A program made the position numbers and the translations under genes. From contig CAZSYH010000003.1 in NCBI GenBank assembly GCA_964610735.1, positions 8,083-72,082 on the forward strand: a stretch of DNA of 64,000 nt, in the 5' to 3' direction. The stretch is from an uncultured Syntrophaceae bacterium. GTDB taxonomy: Bacteria; Desulfobacterota; Syntrophia; Syntrophales; UBA2210. Positions within the stretch are counted from its first letter, which is position 1, and each line of letters opens with the position of its first letter. The notes beneath the pieces were generated by a model. The model was not told where the DNA came from and made no database searches. It saw only the letters and a program-made list of their open reading frames with translations. Shown piece by piece: positions 1 through 9,332 of this stretch.

Positions 1-1183
1 CGTTGAGGAGTGTGGATTTCCCTGTGTTGGTATAGCCGATGATGGAGATGACGGGCAGGTCCCTCTTCTGTCTGAGTCGCCGCCGCTGGCCCCTTCCCTT
101 CCGCACGTCCTTCAGTTCCTTTTTCAGGCGGCCGATCCTGTCCCTTGCCCTGCGCCGGTTGATCTCTAACTTTGTCTCTCCCGGGCCGGTGCCCCCAATC
201 CCCCCGGTCAGGCGGGACATGGCGGTGTTCTTTGTCGCGAGGCGTGGGAGGAGGTACTGCATCTGGGCGAGTTCAACCTGTATCTTTCCCTCGCGGCTGT
301 GGGCGCGCCGGGCGAAGATGTCCAGTATCAGTTGAGACCGGTCTATCACTTTCAGCTCGGTGAAATCGGTTATGGAGCGCACCTGCGCGGGGGAGAGTTC
401 ATGGTCGAAGATCAGCAGATTGGCGCCGATCTGGAGGGCCCTTATGACCAGATCGGAGAGCTTTCCCCTGCCCATGAGGTATCTTGGATCGTAGCTGTGC
501 CGGTGCTGAATGAGGGAATCAAAGACCTCGACACCGGAGGACCTCGCGAGCTCCCTCAGCTCCTCCATGGATGCCTCGCTGTCGAACAGGGGGTCCGTCT
601 CGACGCGTATCAGTATGGCCCGCTCGGTGGAATCCACCCTTCTGACCTCCTGCCTTCGCGCGAACTGCTCATCGAGCGCCTGTATGAATTCGAGGAAATT
701 AAGGTCTGATTCGGAGACATGGAGGGGGTCCATCAGGAGCCAGTATTCGCCTCCGGGATTTTCAGGGATCAGGTGCGCCGTACGCATCCTGCCGGGAAGG
801 CCGTCTTCTCCGACCTCTATAGCCGAGATCATGTCTAGCCGCAGGAGCGCGAGGTCGGTCAGGTCGTCCCCCGTCAACCCCTCTCCGTCGAGGTGGGTAT
901 GGATGAGTCGCAGACCCTTCAGTCGCGCGGAAGATGCCCTGAAACTACCGAGGTCCGGGATGACGATCTGCCTGTGATCCCCGACGATCACGTACAGGAC
1001 CTCTCCCCGGCGGCCGACCAGGATGCCTGCCTGGCGGTTAACGCGGCGCGAAATGCCGGCAATCTCCCTTGCCAGCTCATGGGTGACAATCCGCTCCGGG
1101 GGTATCCTCCTCCTGTAGAGCCGCTGGATATCCCTGATATCACCCGCCTTCAGACCGGTGGTGTTGCCATGGATTTTGTTAAT
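1..1183 (-). CDS. hflX: GTPase HflX, first ~394 codons (3' end lies beyond the left window edge)
   Basis: Absent from the ORF track because no stop lies inside the window. Manual minus-strand translation reads ...NKIHGNTTGLKAGDIRDIQRLYRRRIPPERIVTHELAREI...LSDLVIRALQIGANLLIFDHELSPAQVRSITDFTELKVIDRSQLILDIFARRAHSREGKIQVELAQMQYLLPRL...GGIGGTGPGETKLEINRRR...LPVISIIGYTNTGKSTLLN (HflX N-domain, linker helices, P-loop). The + strand track ORFs at 39-1249 are antisense shadows. The 5' end is bounded by an in-frame TAA at 1211-1213. The start is uncertain (ATT at 1183 proposed). Confidence 0.85.
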   Translation of the reverse strand, partial: MNKIHGNTTGLKAGDIRDIQRLYRRRIPPERIVTHELAREIAGISRRVNRQAGILVGRRGEVLYVIVGDHRQIVIPDLGSFRASSARLKGLRLIHTHLDGEGLTGDDLTDLALLRLDMISAIEVGEDGLPGRMRTAHLIPENPGGEYWLLMDPLHVSESDLNFLEFIQALDEQFARRQEVRRVDSTERAILIRVETDPLFDSEASMEELRELARSSGVEVFDSLIQHRHSYDPRYLMGRGKLSDLVIRALQIGANLLIFDHELSPAQVRSITDFTELKVIDRSQLILDIFARRAHSREGKIQVELAQMQYLLPRLATKNTAMSRLTGGIGGTGPGETKLEINRRRARDRIGRLKKELKDVRKGRGQRRRLRQKRDLPVISIIGYTNTGKSTLLN

Positions 1184-1212
1184 GGTATATCTCCCAGGGA
1201 CCTGACCCCATT

Positions 1213-1247
1213 AAAAAGGCCCCGGAGGAGTGTTCCCCCCGGGGCCT
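1213..1247 (-). terminator. Intrinsic terminator downstream of the porin gene
   Basis: Read on the minus strand: AGGCCCCGG (1247-1239) / CCGGGGCCT (1225-1217) stem, 13-nt loop, followed by TTTTT (1216-1212). Confidence 0.7.
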
Positions 1248-1283
1248 GATTCAGCTTAACTCAGTCAAAAAATCCTAAGCTTT

Positions 1284-2522
1284 TTAGAAGGTCACCTGCA
1301 GCTTGTTCATCAAGAGATAGGTGTCGTCAATCTCGTTGGCGGCAGCAGTTGCTCCCTTGTAGTAGTCGCCCGCCCAGAGATAGCCGAAGCCCACCTGGTA
1401 GGTGAGGTTGTCATAGATCTTGTAGGACGCCTCCAGGTCAAGCTCTGTGCCGTAGTCACCGTCAAATCCCACCGCTACTTCATCCGCCGTGGCATAGGAG
1501 AAAGATCCCCTGAGAGAGAGTTTGTCGATGGTCGTGCCCGCGAATACCTGATAGATGTAACCGTTGTTCATGGCCGTTCCCGTGGTGGAACCGGGTACCC
1601 AACCCAGCGAGGTCGGGCAGTTGTCGTTGAAGAGGATCAGCATCGGATCCCAGTCACCACCGGAGTTTGCCATGCCGCCGTTCGTGGTAGCATCAGTGGG
1701 ATCATTACCCTTTGCGTAGGCAATCAGACCGCCGACATACGCGGAACCGAGATTGTATTTGGCCATGGCATAGGCTGCGAGACCTTCCAGATCTACTAAG
1801 TGTGTTCCTGCTGCATTGTTAATTTCGCCATCTATCCAGATGATTTCCGACTCCACATAGAGGTCGCCTAAGGTTGCCTTCACGAATGGGATGACGATAT
1901 TCATGGTCGTCAGGTTGTCCACTGCGCTATCAGCAACCCTGTAGTACTTGTAGAGAAAACCGGGGTTTATCCCATCTTTATTGTACCAAAAGGCGGCAAC
2001 ATATCCGTCATTGTCGTGATCGGAATAGACGGTGCCCATGTCGCCCTCACTACGTTTTGTCGTGTTAAGATACAGATAAATGTCTCCCACTTTACTGATA
2101 AGGTCAATTTTCCCGCAGAAGATTTCCAGATCACCGAAATCGGTGCCCCAGACGCCGTCAGAGAAAAAACCCGCTCTCACCTGGCCGATACCGGTCACGA
2201 ACTGAACATAGGCCTTGTCGAACTGGACATTGTTCACAGCTGTGGGGTTGTCGCCTCTCATGGCGGTTGTTCCCCAGATGCCGTCCAGCGCGTCGAATCT
2301 GGTGATTACCTTCAGGCCTTCCGCGACCTGGAATGTGGTCCCCACACGCATCCTCTGGTCATAGTACGCGCTTGGGGTGCTCTCCTTTTGCAGAGCCGAA
2401 TTGCTGTCATACCAGCCTCTTATACGGTACGAACCGTCAAATGATACATCTACCGCCATCACGGGCGCTGAAAATGCAAATACCAGCCCGAGTGCGAACA
2501 AAATTACCAATAACTTTTTCAT
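1284..2522 (-). CDS. Outer-membrane beta-barrel porin-like protein (family unassigned)
   Basis: Track ORF 1284..2651 trimmed to the internal ATG at 2522, which is preceded by AGGAGG (2536-2531). MKKLLVILFALGLVFAFSAPVMA looks like a signal peptide. The sequence is Gly/aromatic-rich with an alternating pattern and ends ...NKLQVTF (C-terminal Phe typical of OM beta-barrels). Confidence 0.7.
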   Translation of the reverse strand: MKKLLVILFALGLVFAFSAPVMAVDVSFDGSYRIRGWYDSNSALQKESTPSAYYDQRMRVGTTFQVAEGLKVITRFDALDGIWGTTAMRGDNPTAVNNVQFDKAYVQFVTGIGQVRAGFFSDGVWGTDFGDLEIFCGKIDLISKVGDIYLYLNTTKRSEGDMGTVYSDHDNDGYVAAFWYNKDGINPGFLYKYYRVADSAVDNLTTMNIVIPFVKATLGDLYVESEIIWIDGEINNAAGTHLVDLEGLAAYAMAKYNLGSAYVGGLIAYAKGNDPTDATTNGGMANSGGDWDPMLILFNDNCPTSLGWVPGSTTGTAMNNGYIYQVFAGTTIDKLSLRGSFSYATADEVAVGFDGDYGTELDLEASYKIYDNLTYQVGFGYLWAGDYYKGATAAANEIDDTYLLMNKLQVTF

Positions 2523-2912
2523 TATATTTTCCTCCTGAATTTTTTGTTGTCTTAAACCCTTAAGGTTACATCTTAAACTCAAACTCCCTCTTTTTCTCTC
2601 CCCTGTCACCTCCCCCTTCTCCATATTCGGGGCTCGCGCCACACACGCCACAGCCCCACGGAGACAGCGTAAACTGCCGTGTCGAATCCTCTAACACTGC
2701 ATTCGTTTTAATGTCAAGATATTTTTTGATATTTTTTGCTCTGGTAATGGGGTCAGACTCCATTAACCATTTTTTCCTTGACATCCATCCCTTTTTTTGA
2801 TTACCTCACTGCGCTCTGCGCTGAATATGACCTTTAGTCATATTGTGACCTTGGGTTGGGTGTATGATCGGACGAAGACACGAAAACAATATATAATGGA
2901 GGTAGCAAAGAA

Positions 2913-4883
2913 ATGGCGGAACAGAAGGTAGAACTGAAGGCAGTGTATCCTGTGCCCGACGCGGTAAAGGCAAAGGCACATATCAAGGGTAAGGAAGAGT
3001 ACGAAAAGCTCTACAAACGCTCCATCGAAGACCCTGATGGTTTCTGGGGTGAGATCGCCGGGGAGTATGTTGAATGGTTCAAGAAATGGGACAAGGTCGA
3101 AAACTATAACTTTGATTATAGAAAGGGCGACATCTTTCTCAAGTACTTTGAAGGCGGCAAGCTGAACGTCTCCTATAACTGTCTTGACAGGCACCTCGCG
3201 ACGAGGGGCGACAAGGTAGCCATTCAGTGGGAAGGCAACGAGCCCGGTGAAGAAAAGGCCTACACCTATAGGATGATGCATGAAGAGGTCTGCAAGTTTG
3301 CCAATGTCCTCAAGTCTCACGGGATCAAAAAGGGAGACGTTGTCACCCTCTATATGCCGATGGTTCCCGAACTGGCCATTGCCATGCTGGCGTGCACGAG
3401 GATCGGCGCTATCCACAGCATCGTCTTCGGAGGATTTTCCGCGGACGCGCTGAAAGACCGCATCCAGGATTGCCGGTCGGTGCTTCTCGTTGTGTGCGAC
3501 GGAACCTTCCGCGGCGCCAAGGCCGTTCCGCAGAAGACCAGCGCCGATGAGGCGCTCAGGGAATGTCCCTCTGTGGAGAAGGTCATCGTCGTCAGGCGTG
3601 TAGGAGACAAGATCAAGTGCGACTGGACGGAAGGGAGAGACTCCTGGTGGCATGAAGAGATGGCAAAGGTCGATGCTGACTGTGAGCCTGAGTGGATGGA
3701 CGCCGAAGATCCCCTCTTTATCCTTTATACATCCGGCTCCACCGGAAAACCGAAGGGTGTCATGCACACCACGGGCGGATACCTTGTGTTCGCGGCATAT
3801 ACGCACAAGATGGTCTTTGATTATCACGAGGAGGATATTTACTGGTGCACCGCGGATGTCGGCTGGGTCACGGGTCACAGCTACATAGTCTATGGCCCGC
3901 TCTGTAATGGGGCGACGTCGGTCATGTATGAAGGCGTTCCCAACTACCCGGACATGAGCCGGTTCTGGAAGATCGTGGAGAAATACAAGGTAAGCATCTT
4001 CTACACCGCTCCGACAGCCATCCGCGCGATCGCTAAAGAGGGTGATGCGTGGGTCAAGGAAGCTGACATCTCGTCCCTCAGAATACTCGGCACGGTGGGC
4101 GAGCCTATCAATCCCGAGGCATGGAACTGGTATTACAATCTCATCGGTCGCGGCGAGTGCCCCATTGTTGATACATGGTGGCAGACAGAGACGGGCGGAA
4201 TCCTGATCACCCCGCTTCCGGGCGCCACGGATATCAAACCGGGCATGGCTACCGTTCCCTTCATGGGTGTATGGCCTGTCCTCGTGGACGATGAAGGAAA
4301 GGAATTTACCGAGACAGTGGCGTCGGGCGCCCTCTGCATCAAGAAGCCCTGGCCGGGCCTGATGAGGGGTGTCTATGGCGATCCCACAAGATTCAAGGAG
4401 ACCTACTTCGAGCAGTTCCCGGGCTACTATGTGGCAGGTGACGGCGCGAGGCGCGATGAAGACGGTTATTACCAGATTACCGGGCGTATCGATGATGTTA
4501 TCAATGTCTCCGGTCACAGGATGGGAACGGCAGAGGTGGAAAGCGCCCTGGTCAAACATCCGAAAGTGGCGGAGGCGGCCGTTGTGGGTTATCCTCATGA
4601 TCTGAAGGGACAGTCGATCTATGCCTATGTCACACTGAATACCGGTGTGGAAAAGACGGATGCGCTGAAGAAGGAGTTGACGGTTCATGTGCGTAAGGAG
4701 ATCGGTCCTATCGCGACTCCCGAGAAGATCCAGTGGGCGGATGCTCTTCCCAAGACGAGAAGCGGAAAGATCATGCGCAGGATATTGAAGAAGGTTGCCG
4801 CCAGCGAGGTCGACGACCTGGGCGACATCTCAACACTGGCGGATCCTTCCGTCGTGGATGACATCGTGAAGAACAGGCTGTAA
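2913..4883 (+). CDS. acs: Acetyl-CoA synthetase (AMP-forming)
   Basis: 656 aa. [12 protein letters not shown] adenylation motif, WWQTETGG, C-terminal [18 protein letters not shown] at 2898-2902. Confidence 0.95.
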   Translation: MAEQKVELKAVYPVPDAVKAKAHIKGKEEYEKLYKRSIEDPDGFWGEIAGEYVEWFKKWDKVENYNFDYRKGDIFLKYFEGGKLNVSYNCLDRHLATRGDKVAIQWEGNEPGEEKAYTYRMMHEEVCKFANVLKSHGIKKGDVVTLYMPMVPELAIAMLACTRIGAIHSIVFGGFSADALKDRIQDCRSVLLVVCDGTFRGAKAVPQKTSADEALRECPSVEKVIVVRRVGDKIKCDWTEGRDSWWHEEMAKVDADCEPEWMDAEDPLFILYTSGSTGKPKGVMHTTGGYLVFAAYTHKMVFDYHEEDIYWCTADVGWVTGHSYIVYGPLCNGATSVMYEGVPNYPDMSRFWKIVEKYKVSIFYTAPTAIRAIAKEGDAWVKEADISSLRILGTVGEPINPEAWNWYYNLIGRGECPIVDTWWQTETGGILITPLPGATDIKPGMATVPFMGVWPVLVDDEGKEFTETVASGALCIKKPWPGLMRGVYGDPTRFKETYFEQFPGYYVAGDGARRDEDGYYQITGRIDDVINVSGHRMGTAEVESALVKHPKVAEAAVVGYPHDLKGQSIYAYVTLNTGVEKTDALKKELTVHVRKEIGPIATPEKIQWADALPKTRSGKIMRRILKKVAASEVDDLGDISTLADPSVVDDIVKNRL

Positions 4884-4888
4884 AAGAA

Positions 4889-4907
4889 AGGCTGTAGGCT
4901 GTTAGGC
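4889..4907. repeat. Partial copy of the AGGCTG(A/T)AGGCTGTTAG repeat family (tandem AGGCTGTA units)
   Basis: AGGCTGTAGGCTGTTAGGC lies directly after the acs stop, and AGGCTGTA also occurs at 4874-4881. It shares GGCTGTTAG with 11752-11760 and, reverse-complemented, with 22620-22628. Confidence 0.5.
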
Positions 4908-4985
4908 AGAATAAACAAAAAAGCGGGTGTTCCGGCATGATCCGCACGGGTCGTGCCGGCATTTGTCCGCGAGAGGAGGTCAAAA

Positions 4986-5747
4986 ATGAACATAGTAGCA
5001 TGTATAAAGCAGGTTCCTGATACCGAGGCGTTTATCAAGGTGAAGGCGGACGGTTCCGGTATTGAAGAGGGTGGAATCAAGTGGGTGATGAACCCCTATG
5101 ATGAGTATGGTGTTGAAGCAGCCCTGAAACTGAAAGAGGCGAATGGCGGAGAAGTGACGGTTGTATCCCTCGGTCCGGCGCGGATAATGGAGACAATCCG
5201 GACCGCCCTTGCCATGGGAGCGGACAAAGGGGTGCATATCACCATCGACGGGGCGGACGCGTATAACACGGCAGCTGCCCTGGCGGCAGCCATAAAGGAG
5301 ATCAACCCCGATGTCGTTTTCTGCGGGCAGAGGGCGATTGACGATGACTCCGGTCAGGTGGGTTCTGTCCTGGCTGAGATTCTCGGGATTCCTCAGATCA
5401 CAATCGTAACCGGATTCGAGGTGGCGGGCGGCAAGGTAAAAGCCATCAAGCCCATAGAAGGCGCGCAGCTTGTCATAGAGAGCTCGATGCCCTGCGTTGT
5501 TACCGCGCAGAAGGGATTGAATGAACCACGTTACGCGTCCCTCCCCGGCATTATGAAGGCGAAGAAGAAGCCGGTTGATATGAAGGACGCGGCGGCCCTC
5601 GGTATATCCGTTGAGCCGAAGGCGAAGATTGCAAGAATGACTCCCCCTCCGTCAAGGGCCCCTGGAAAGATCATCGAAGGTGATGATCCGGCCGCGAAGG
5701 CTGCTGAGCTGGTCAAATTGTTGAGGGAAGAGGCCAAGGTAATTTAA
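4986..5747 (+). CDS. etfB: Electron transfer flavoprotein, beta subunit
   Basis: Track ORF trimmed to ATG 4986 (SD GAGGAGG at 4972-4978). MNIVACIKQVPDTEA... is a typical EtfB N-terminus. Adjacent to etfA. Confidence 0.9.
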   Translation: MNIVACIKQVPDTEAFIKVKADGSGIEEGGIKWVMNPYDEYGVEAALKLKEANGGEVTVVSLGPARIMETIRTALAMGADKGVHITIDGADAYNTAAALAAAIKEINPDVVFCGQRAIDDDSGQVGSVLAEILGIPQITIVTGFEVAGGKVKAIKPIEGAQLVIESSMPCVVTAQKGLNEPRYASLPGIMKAKKKPVDMKDAAALGISVEPKAKIARMTPPPSRAPGKIIEGDDPAAKAAELVKLLREEAKVI

Positions 5748-5772
5748 CGGAAAAGGGATGGAGGAAAAAAAA

Positions 5773-6747
5773 ATGGCAAAAGGTGTATGGATAGTTGCTG
5801 AGCAGAGAAATGGCGCCCTTCGCGGTGTCTCATTTGAGATAGCGAGCGTGGCGAGAAAACTCGCGGATGAACTGGGCGAGGAGGTATGCGCAGTTCTGGT
5901 GGGATCCGGAGTAGAAGGATTTGCCCCGGAGCTGGCCAAATATGGCGTGGATAAGGTCTATGTTGCGGATGACGCCATGTTCGCGGATTATACGACAGAC
6001 GCGTACAGCGAGGCGGTCGCGAAGGTTGTGAAGGAAAATGACGCGTCCATTCTGCTTCTGTCCGCGTCGGTTCAGGGCAAGGATCTTTCGTCGAGACTGG
6101 TGGGGAAACTGGCCACCGGGATGGCCTCGGACTGCACGGATGTAAAGATAGCCGATGGCAAGCTTCTCGCCATCAGGCCGATGTACGCGGGTAAATGCTT
6201 CGGGGAAATTGTTGTGGAGAGTTATCCCCAGATGGCGTCTCTGCGTCCGAAGGTCTTCGCCGCGGTGGAAAACGCAAAGGCTGGCGCGGTGGTGAAGTTT
6301 GACGCGGGTATCGCCGCTGACTCGCTCAAAACAAAGGTGCTTGAAACACAGAAGGACGCGAGCGGCAAGGTCGATCTTACTGAAGCGGATATCATAGTTT
6401 CCGGCGGACGCGGAATGAAGGGTCCGGACGAGTACAAGATCATTGAAGAGCTGGCTGATGTTCTCGGCGCGGCAGTCGGCGCGTCAAGGGCGGCAGTTGA
6501 CGCGGGATGGAGACCGCAGTCGGATCAGGTGGGGCAGACCGGTAAGGTGGTTTCCCCGAACCTGTACATTGCCTGTGGTATCTCCGGAGCCATTCAGCAT
6601 CTTGCCGGCATGAGCTCTTCGAAATATATCGTCGCGATCAATAAGGATGCCGAGGCCCCGATTTTTGCAAAGGCCGATTATGGTATCGTGGATGATCTCT
6701 TCAAGATTGTTCCTGAGGTGACCGCCGCGGCGAAGAAGATACTTTAA
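5773..6747 (+). CDS. etfA: Electron transfer flavoprotein, alpha subunit
   Basis: [14 protein letters not shown]...; C-terminal FAD-binding region ...[16 protein letters not shown]...[10 protein letters not shown] 5773 has GGAGGA 7 nt upstream; ATG 5758 is an alternative start. Confidence 0.9.
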   Translation: MAKGVWIVAEQRNGALRGVSFEIASVARKLADELGEEVCAVLVGSGVEGFAPELAKYGVDKVYVADDAMFADYTTDAYSEAVAKVVKENDASILLLSASVQGKDLSSRLVGKLATGMASDCTDVKIADGKLLAIRPMYAGKCFGEIVVESYPQMASLRPKVFAAVENAKAGAVVKFDAGIAADSLKTKVLETQKDASGKVDLTEADIIVSGGRGMKGPDEYKIIEELADVLGAAVGASRAAVDAGWRPQSDQVGQTGKVVSPNLYIACGISGAIQHLAGMSSSKYIVAINKDAEAPIFAKADYGIVDDLFKIVPEVTAAAKKIL

Positions 6748-6754
6748 GGCTTGA

Positions 6755-6788
6755 AAGGGGGTGGGTGATTTATCCATCCCCTTTTTTT
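6755..6788 (+). terminator. Stem-loop plus T7 between etfA and the FeS oxidoreductase gene
   Basis: GGGGGTGG (6757-6764) pairs with CCATCCCC (6774-6781) with one G.U pair, followed by TTTTTTT (6782-6788). Confidence 0.6.
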
Positions 6789-6887
6789 CAGACAGGATTA
6801 ACCGGGGAAGGGTTCGGTTTTAGTTTTAACTCGTAACTTAAGACTTCTTACCCCTGAGGGATTATCATATATGGAGGTGGAGGCATT

Positions 6888-9062
6888 ATGGCACACGGCG
6901 CAGATGCATACATGGTAGGAAATGAGGGAAGAGAGATATTCTGGAATGCCCCCTTCCCGTCTGAACTGATTCTTTTTATATTTGCGGGGATCGCCATAGC
7001 GGTGTGTGCCTATGGTTTTTACAGACGCTGGCAGCTGTGGAAAGCGATCGGCCGGCCGGAGGGCAGGATCGATAAGCCGGGGGAGAGGATCAAATCCCTC
7101 CTTCTCAATGGCCTTCTGCAGATAAGGACATTCAGGGAAGCGTATCCCGGCATCATGCACGCCCTTATATTCTTTGGCTTTTTTGTCCTGATATTCGGCG
7201 CGGCCTTTGACGCTACACACTTTCACATGCCCTTCCTCGTTCCTTTCTTCAACGGCGGATTTTATCTCTGGTTTTCATTCACGATGGAGGTATTTGGGCT
7301 GACCGTTCTCGCCGGCATCGCGCTGGCAGTCTGGAGACGATATATCCAGAAACCGGAAAGGCTGGAATACAGGGGACAACCCGATACCATCGCGGATGAT
7401 GCGATTATCCTGACCCTGATAGCCGGCATTATTATAACTGGATTTCTGCTCGAGGCTTTCCGGCTGCATGTGAATGTCAATGTGGACGGGTACACTTGGG
7501 GCGCGTGGTCGTTTGTGGGATATGCCCTTGCGAAGACCCTCACCGGTGTAAGCTACAACACTGTTGAGATTCTTCACCAGTGGACGTGGTGGATACACGC
7601 GTTTCTGGCCTTCGGCTTTATCGCGTATCTGCCCTATTCAAAGCTGATACATATTGTCCTCGCCCCGGCCAACCAGTATATGAGATCGCTGAAACCCACG
7701 GGATATCTTGAGCCGATCGCCGACTTTGAAAATGCCGAGTCGTTCGGTGTGGGGCAGCTTGAGGATTTCACGTGGAAACAGATTTTTAATTCCGATGCGT
7801 GTCTGAGATGTGGAAGGTGCCAGGATGTGTGTCCCGCCTATCTGTCGGGCAAACCACTGTCCCCGAAGAAGCTGCATCAGGATATCAAGGAATACTGGCT
7901 GGAAAGGGCACCTGTCGTGATGGCGGCAAAAAATGCAGCCAAAGAGGGGGAAGAACCCGTTATACCGGAACCGGAAAAAGTGATGGTGGGCGGAGTTATC
8001 GATCTCCACGAACTGTGGGCGTGCACAAACTGTATGGCCTGTATGGAGGTCTGCCCGGTATTTAATGAGCACGTTCCGATGATCGTCGGCATGAGGCAGT
8101 ACAAAGTGCTGATGGAGGCTGACTTTGCGCCGGAACTGCAGCTGACTTACAGAAACATGGAGAACAATTCCAACCCTTGGGGGATAGGGGCCCACATGAG
8201 GGGAGACTGGGCCAAAGAACTGGGTGTCAAGACGCTGGCCGAGGACCCGGATGTGGAGTATCTATATTATGTGGGATGTTCCGGGTCTTTTGATGACAGG
8301 GGCAAAAAGGTCACTGTCGCGTTTGCCAAACTCCTGAAGGAGGCCGGCGTAAGTTTCGGCATCCTGGGTGAGGAAGAGGGCTGTTGCGGCGATTCCGCCA
8401 TGAGGGGCGGGAATGAATACCTCTCGCAGACCCTGATGCAGGTAAACATAGACGCAATGAACAAGTATGGAGTGAAAAAAGTTATCTGCACCTGCCCCCA
8501 TGGATATAACACCATAAAGAAGGACTATCCGCATTTTGGCGGCAATTTTGAGGTCTATCATCACACAGAGATAATCGCAGACCTGATAGCTAAGGGCGGG
8601 GTTAAATTGAAGGAGCAGGTCAGTGGCCTGTTCACATATCACGATTCCTGCTTCCTTGGCAGGTACAACGACATCTACGAACAGCCGAGGAAGATACTCG
8701 CGGCTGTTCCAGGCATGAAACTGTCCGAGATGGCCAGCAATAAAAACAGGAGTTTCTGCTGCGGCGCCGGTGGCGCGAGGATGTGGATGGAGGAGGATAT
8801 CGGAGAGCGGATCAATGATATGAGGACGGACCAGGCCATCGAAGTAAAGGCGGACACAATAGCGGTTGCCTGTCCCTTCTGCCTCACGATGATGTCGGAC
8901 GGCATCAAGGATCGCGAGATGGAAGAGAAGATGACAGCCCTTGATATCGCCGAGATAGTCTGGGGGGCCATGGGCATTGAAGAAGCCGTGGTCGATGTTT
9001 CTGAAGAAAAGAGTGTGGAAGAGAACGCCCCGAAAGAGGAAGCTCCAGCCGGGACGGATTAG
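6888..9062 (+). CDS. Membrane-anchored HdrD/DsrK-like FeS oxidoreductase (candidate ETF:(methyl)menaquinone oxidoreductase)
   Basis: 724 aa. The N-terminal ~270 aa has ~6 hydrophobic helices with His in helices (GIMHALIFFG, WIHAFLAFG, LIHIVLAP). Two 4Fe-4S motifs (CLRCGRCQDVCP, CTNCMACMEVCP). Two Cys-rich CCG-type modules (GCCGDS; FCCGAGG...ACPFC). Sits next to etfBA. Confidence 0.85.
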   Translation: MAHGADAYMVGNEGREIFWNAPFPSELILFIFAGIAIAVCAYGFYRRWQLWKAIGRPEGRIDKPGERIKSLLLNGLLQIRTFREAYPGIMHALIFFGFFVLIFGAAFDATHFHMPFLVPFFNGGFYLWFSFTMEVFGLTVLAGIALAVWRRYIQKPERLEYRGQPDTIADDAIILTLIAGIIITGFLLEAFRLHVNVNVDGYTWGAWSFVGYALAKTLTGVSYNTVEILHQWTWWIHAFLAFGFIAYLPYSKLIHIVLAPANQYMRSLKPTGYLEPIADFENAESFGVGQLEDFTWKQIFNSDACLRCGRCQDVCPAYLSGKPLSPKKLHQDIKEYWLERAPVVMAAKNAAKEGEEPVIPEPEKVMVGGVIDLHELWACTNCMACMEVCPVFNEHVPMIVGMRQYKVLMEADFAPELQLTYRNMENNSNPWGIGAHMRGDWAKELGVKTLAEDPDVEYLYYVGCSGSFDDRGKKVTVAFAKLLKEAGVSFGILGEEEGCCGDSAMRGGNEYLSQTLMQVNIDAMNKYGVKKVICTCPHGYNTIKKDYPHFGGNFEVYHHTEIIADLIAKGGVKLKEQVSGLFTYHDSCFLGRYNDIYEQPRKILAAVPGMKLSEMASNKNRSFCCGAGGARMWMEEDIGERINDMRTDQAIEVKADTIAVACPFCLTMMSDGIKDREMEEKMTALDIAEIVWGAMGIEEAVVDVSEEKSVEENAPKEEAPAGTD

Positions 9063-9085
9063 AGAATTTTGTCAGCGCGATGATT

Positions 9086-9123
9086 AAGGCCCCCTGATCC
9101 TCCAGGATCAGGGGGCCTTTTTG
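9086..9123 (+). terminator. Strong intrinsic terminator
   Basis: 15-bp perfect stem AAGGCCCCCTGATCC (9086-9100) / GGATCAGGGGGCCTT (9105-9119), 4-nt loop, then a T-run. Confidence 0.85.
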
Positions 9124-9332
9124 CTTAAATGGAGTCTGGCCCCATTTACCGCAAACAGAGAGATGATCCAAAAAGATTTTTTGTGGCTTTTTCGAGAAAA
9201 ATATATTAAAGACCCCAAGTGTAAGGGGGGGCGTGAATCAAGGCAAGAGAGGGTTGCTGGATCGGGCGTCCGATTGTAATTAGGTGTTTTCTCAGCTTTT
9301 TAACATTTTCATCCAAAGGAGGGAAGGAACTT

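Noticed and set aside
39-1249. Four + strand ORFs (39-335, 172-363, 299-709, 510-977, 893-1249 region)
   Set aside because: All are antisense shadows of hflX, whose minus-strand translation is strongly conserved.
1284-2651. Long N-terminal extensions in track ORFs (also 4953, 15413, 17247, 26419, 27899, 34946, 42009, 44557, 52179, 53340)
   Set aside because: In each case an internal start with a good SD coincides with the conserved N-terminus of the family. The extensions overlap upstream genes or terminators.
2566-2784. 72-aa minus-strand ORF in the porin/acs spacer
   Set aside because: The SD spacing is poor (AGGGA only 3 nt from the ATG). The C-terminal half is the translation of the polypurine tract (EYGEGGGDRGEKKREFEF). 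More likely it is porin promoter/leader DNA.
2838-4688. 616-aa ORF on the minus strand, entirely inside acs
   Set aside because: It is antisense to a gene with unmistakable acetyl-CoA synthetase motifs. The composition is R/H/G/D/L-rich and low-complexity with no recognisable motifs. It is a typical long shadow frame of a codon-biased gene.
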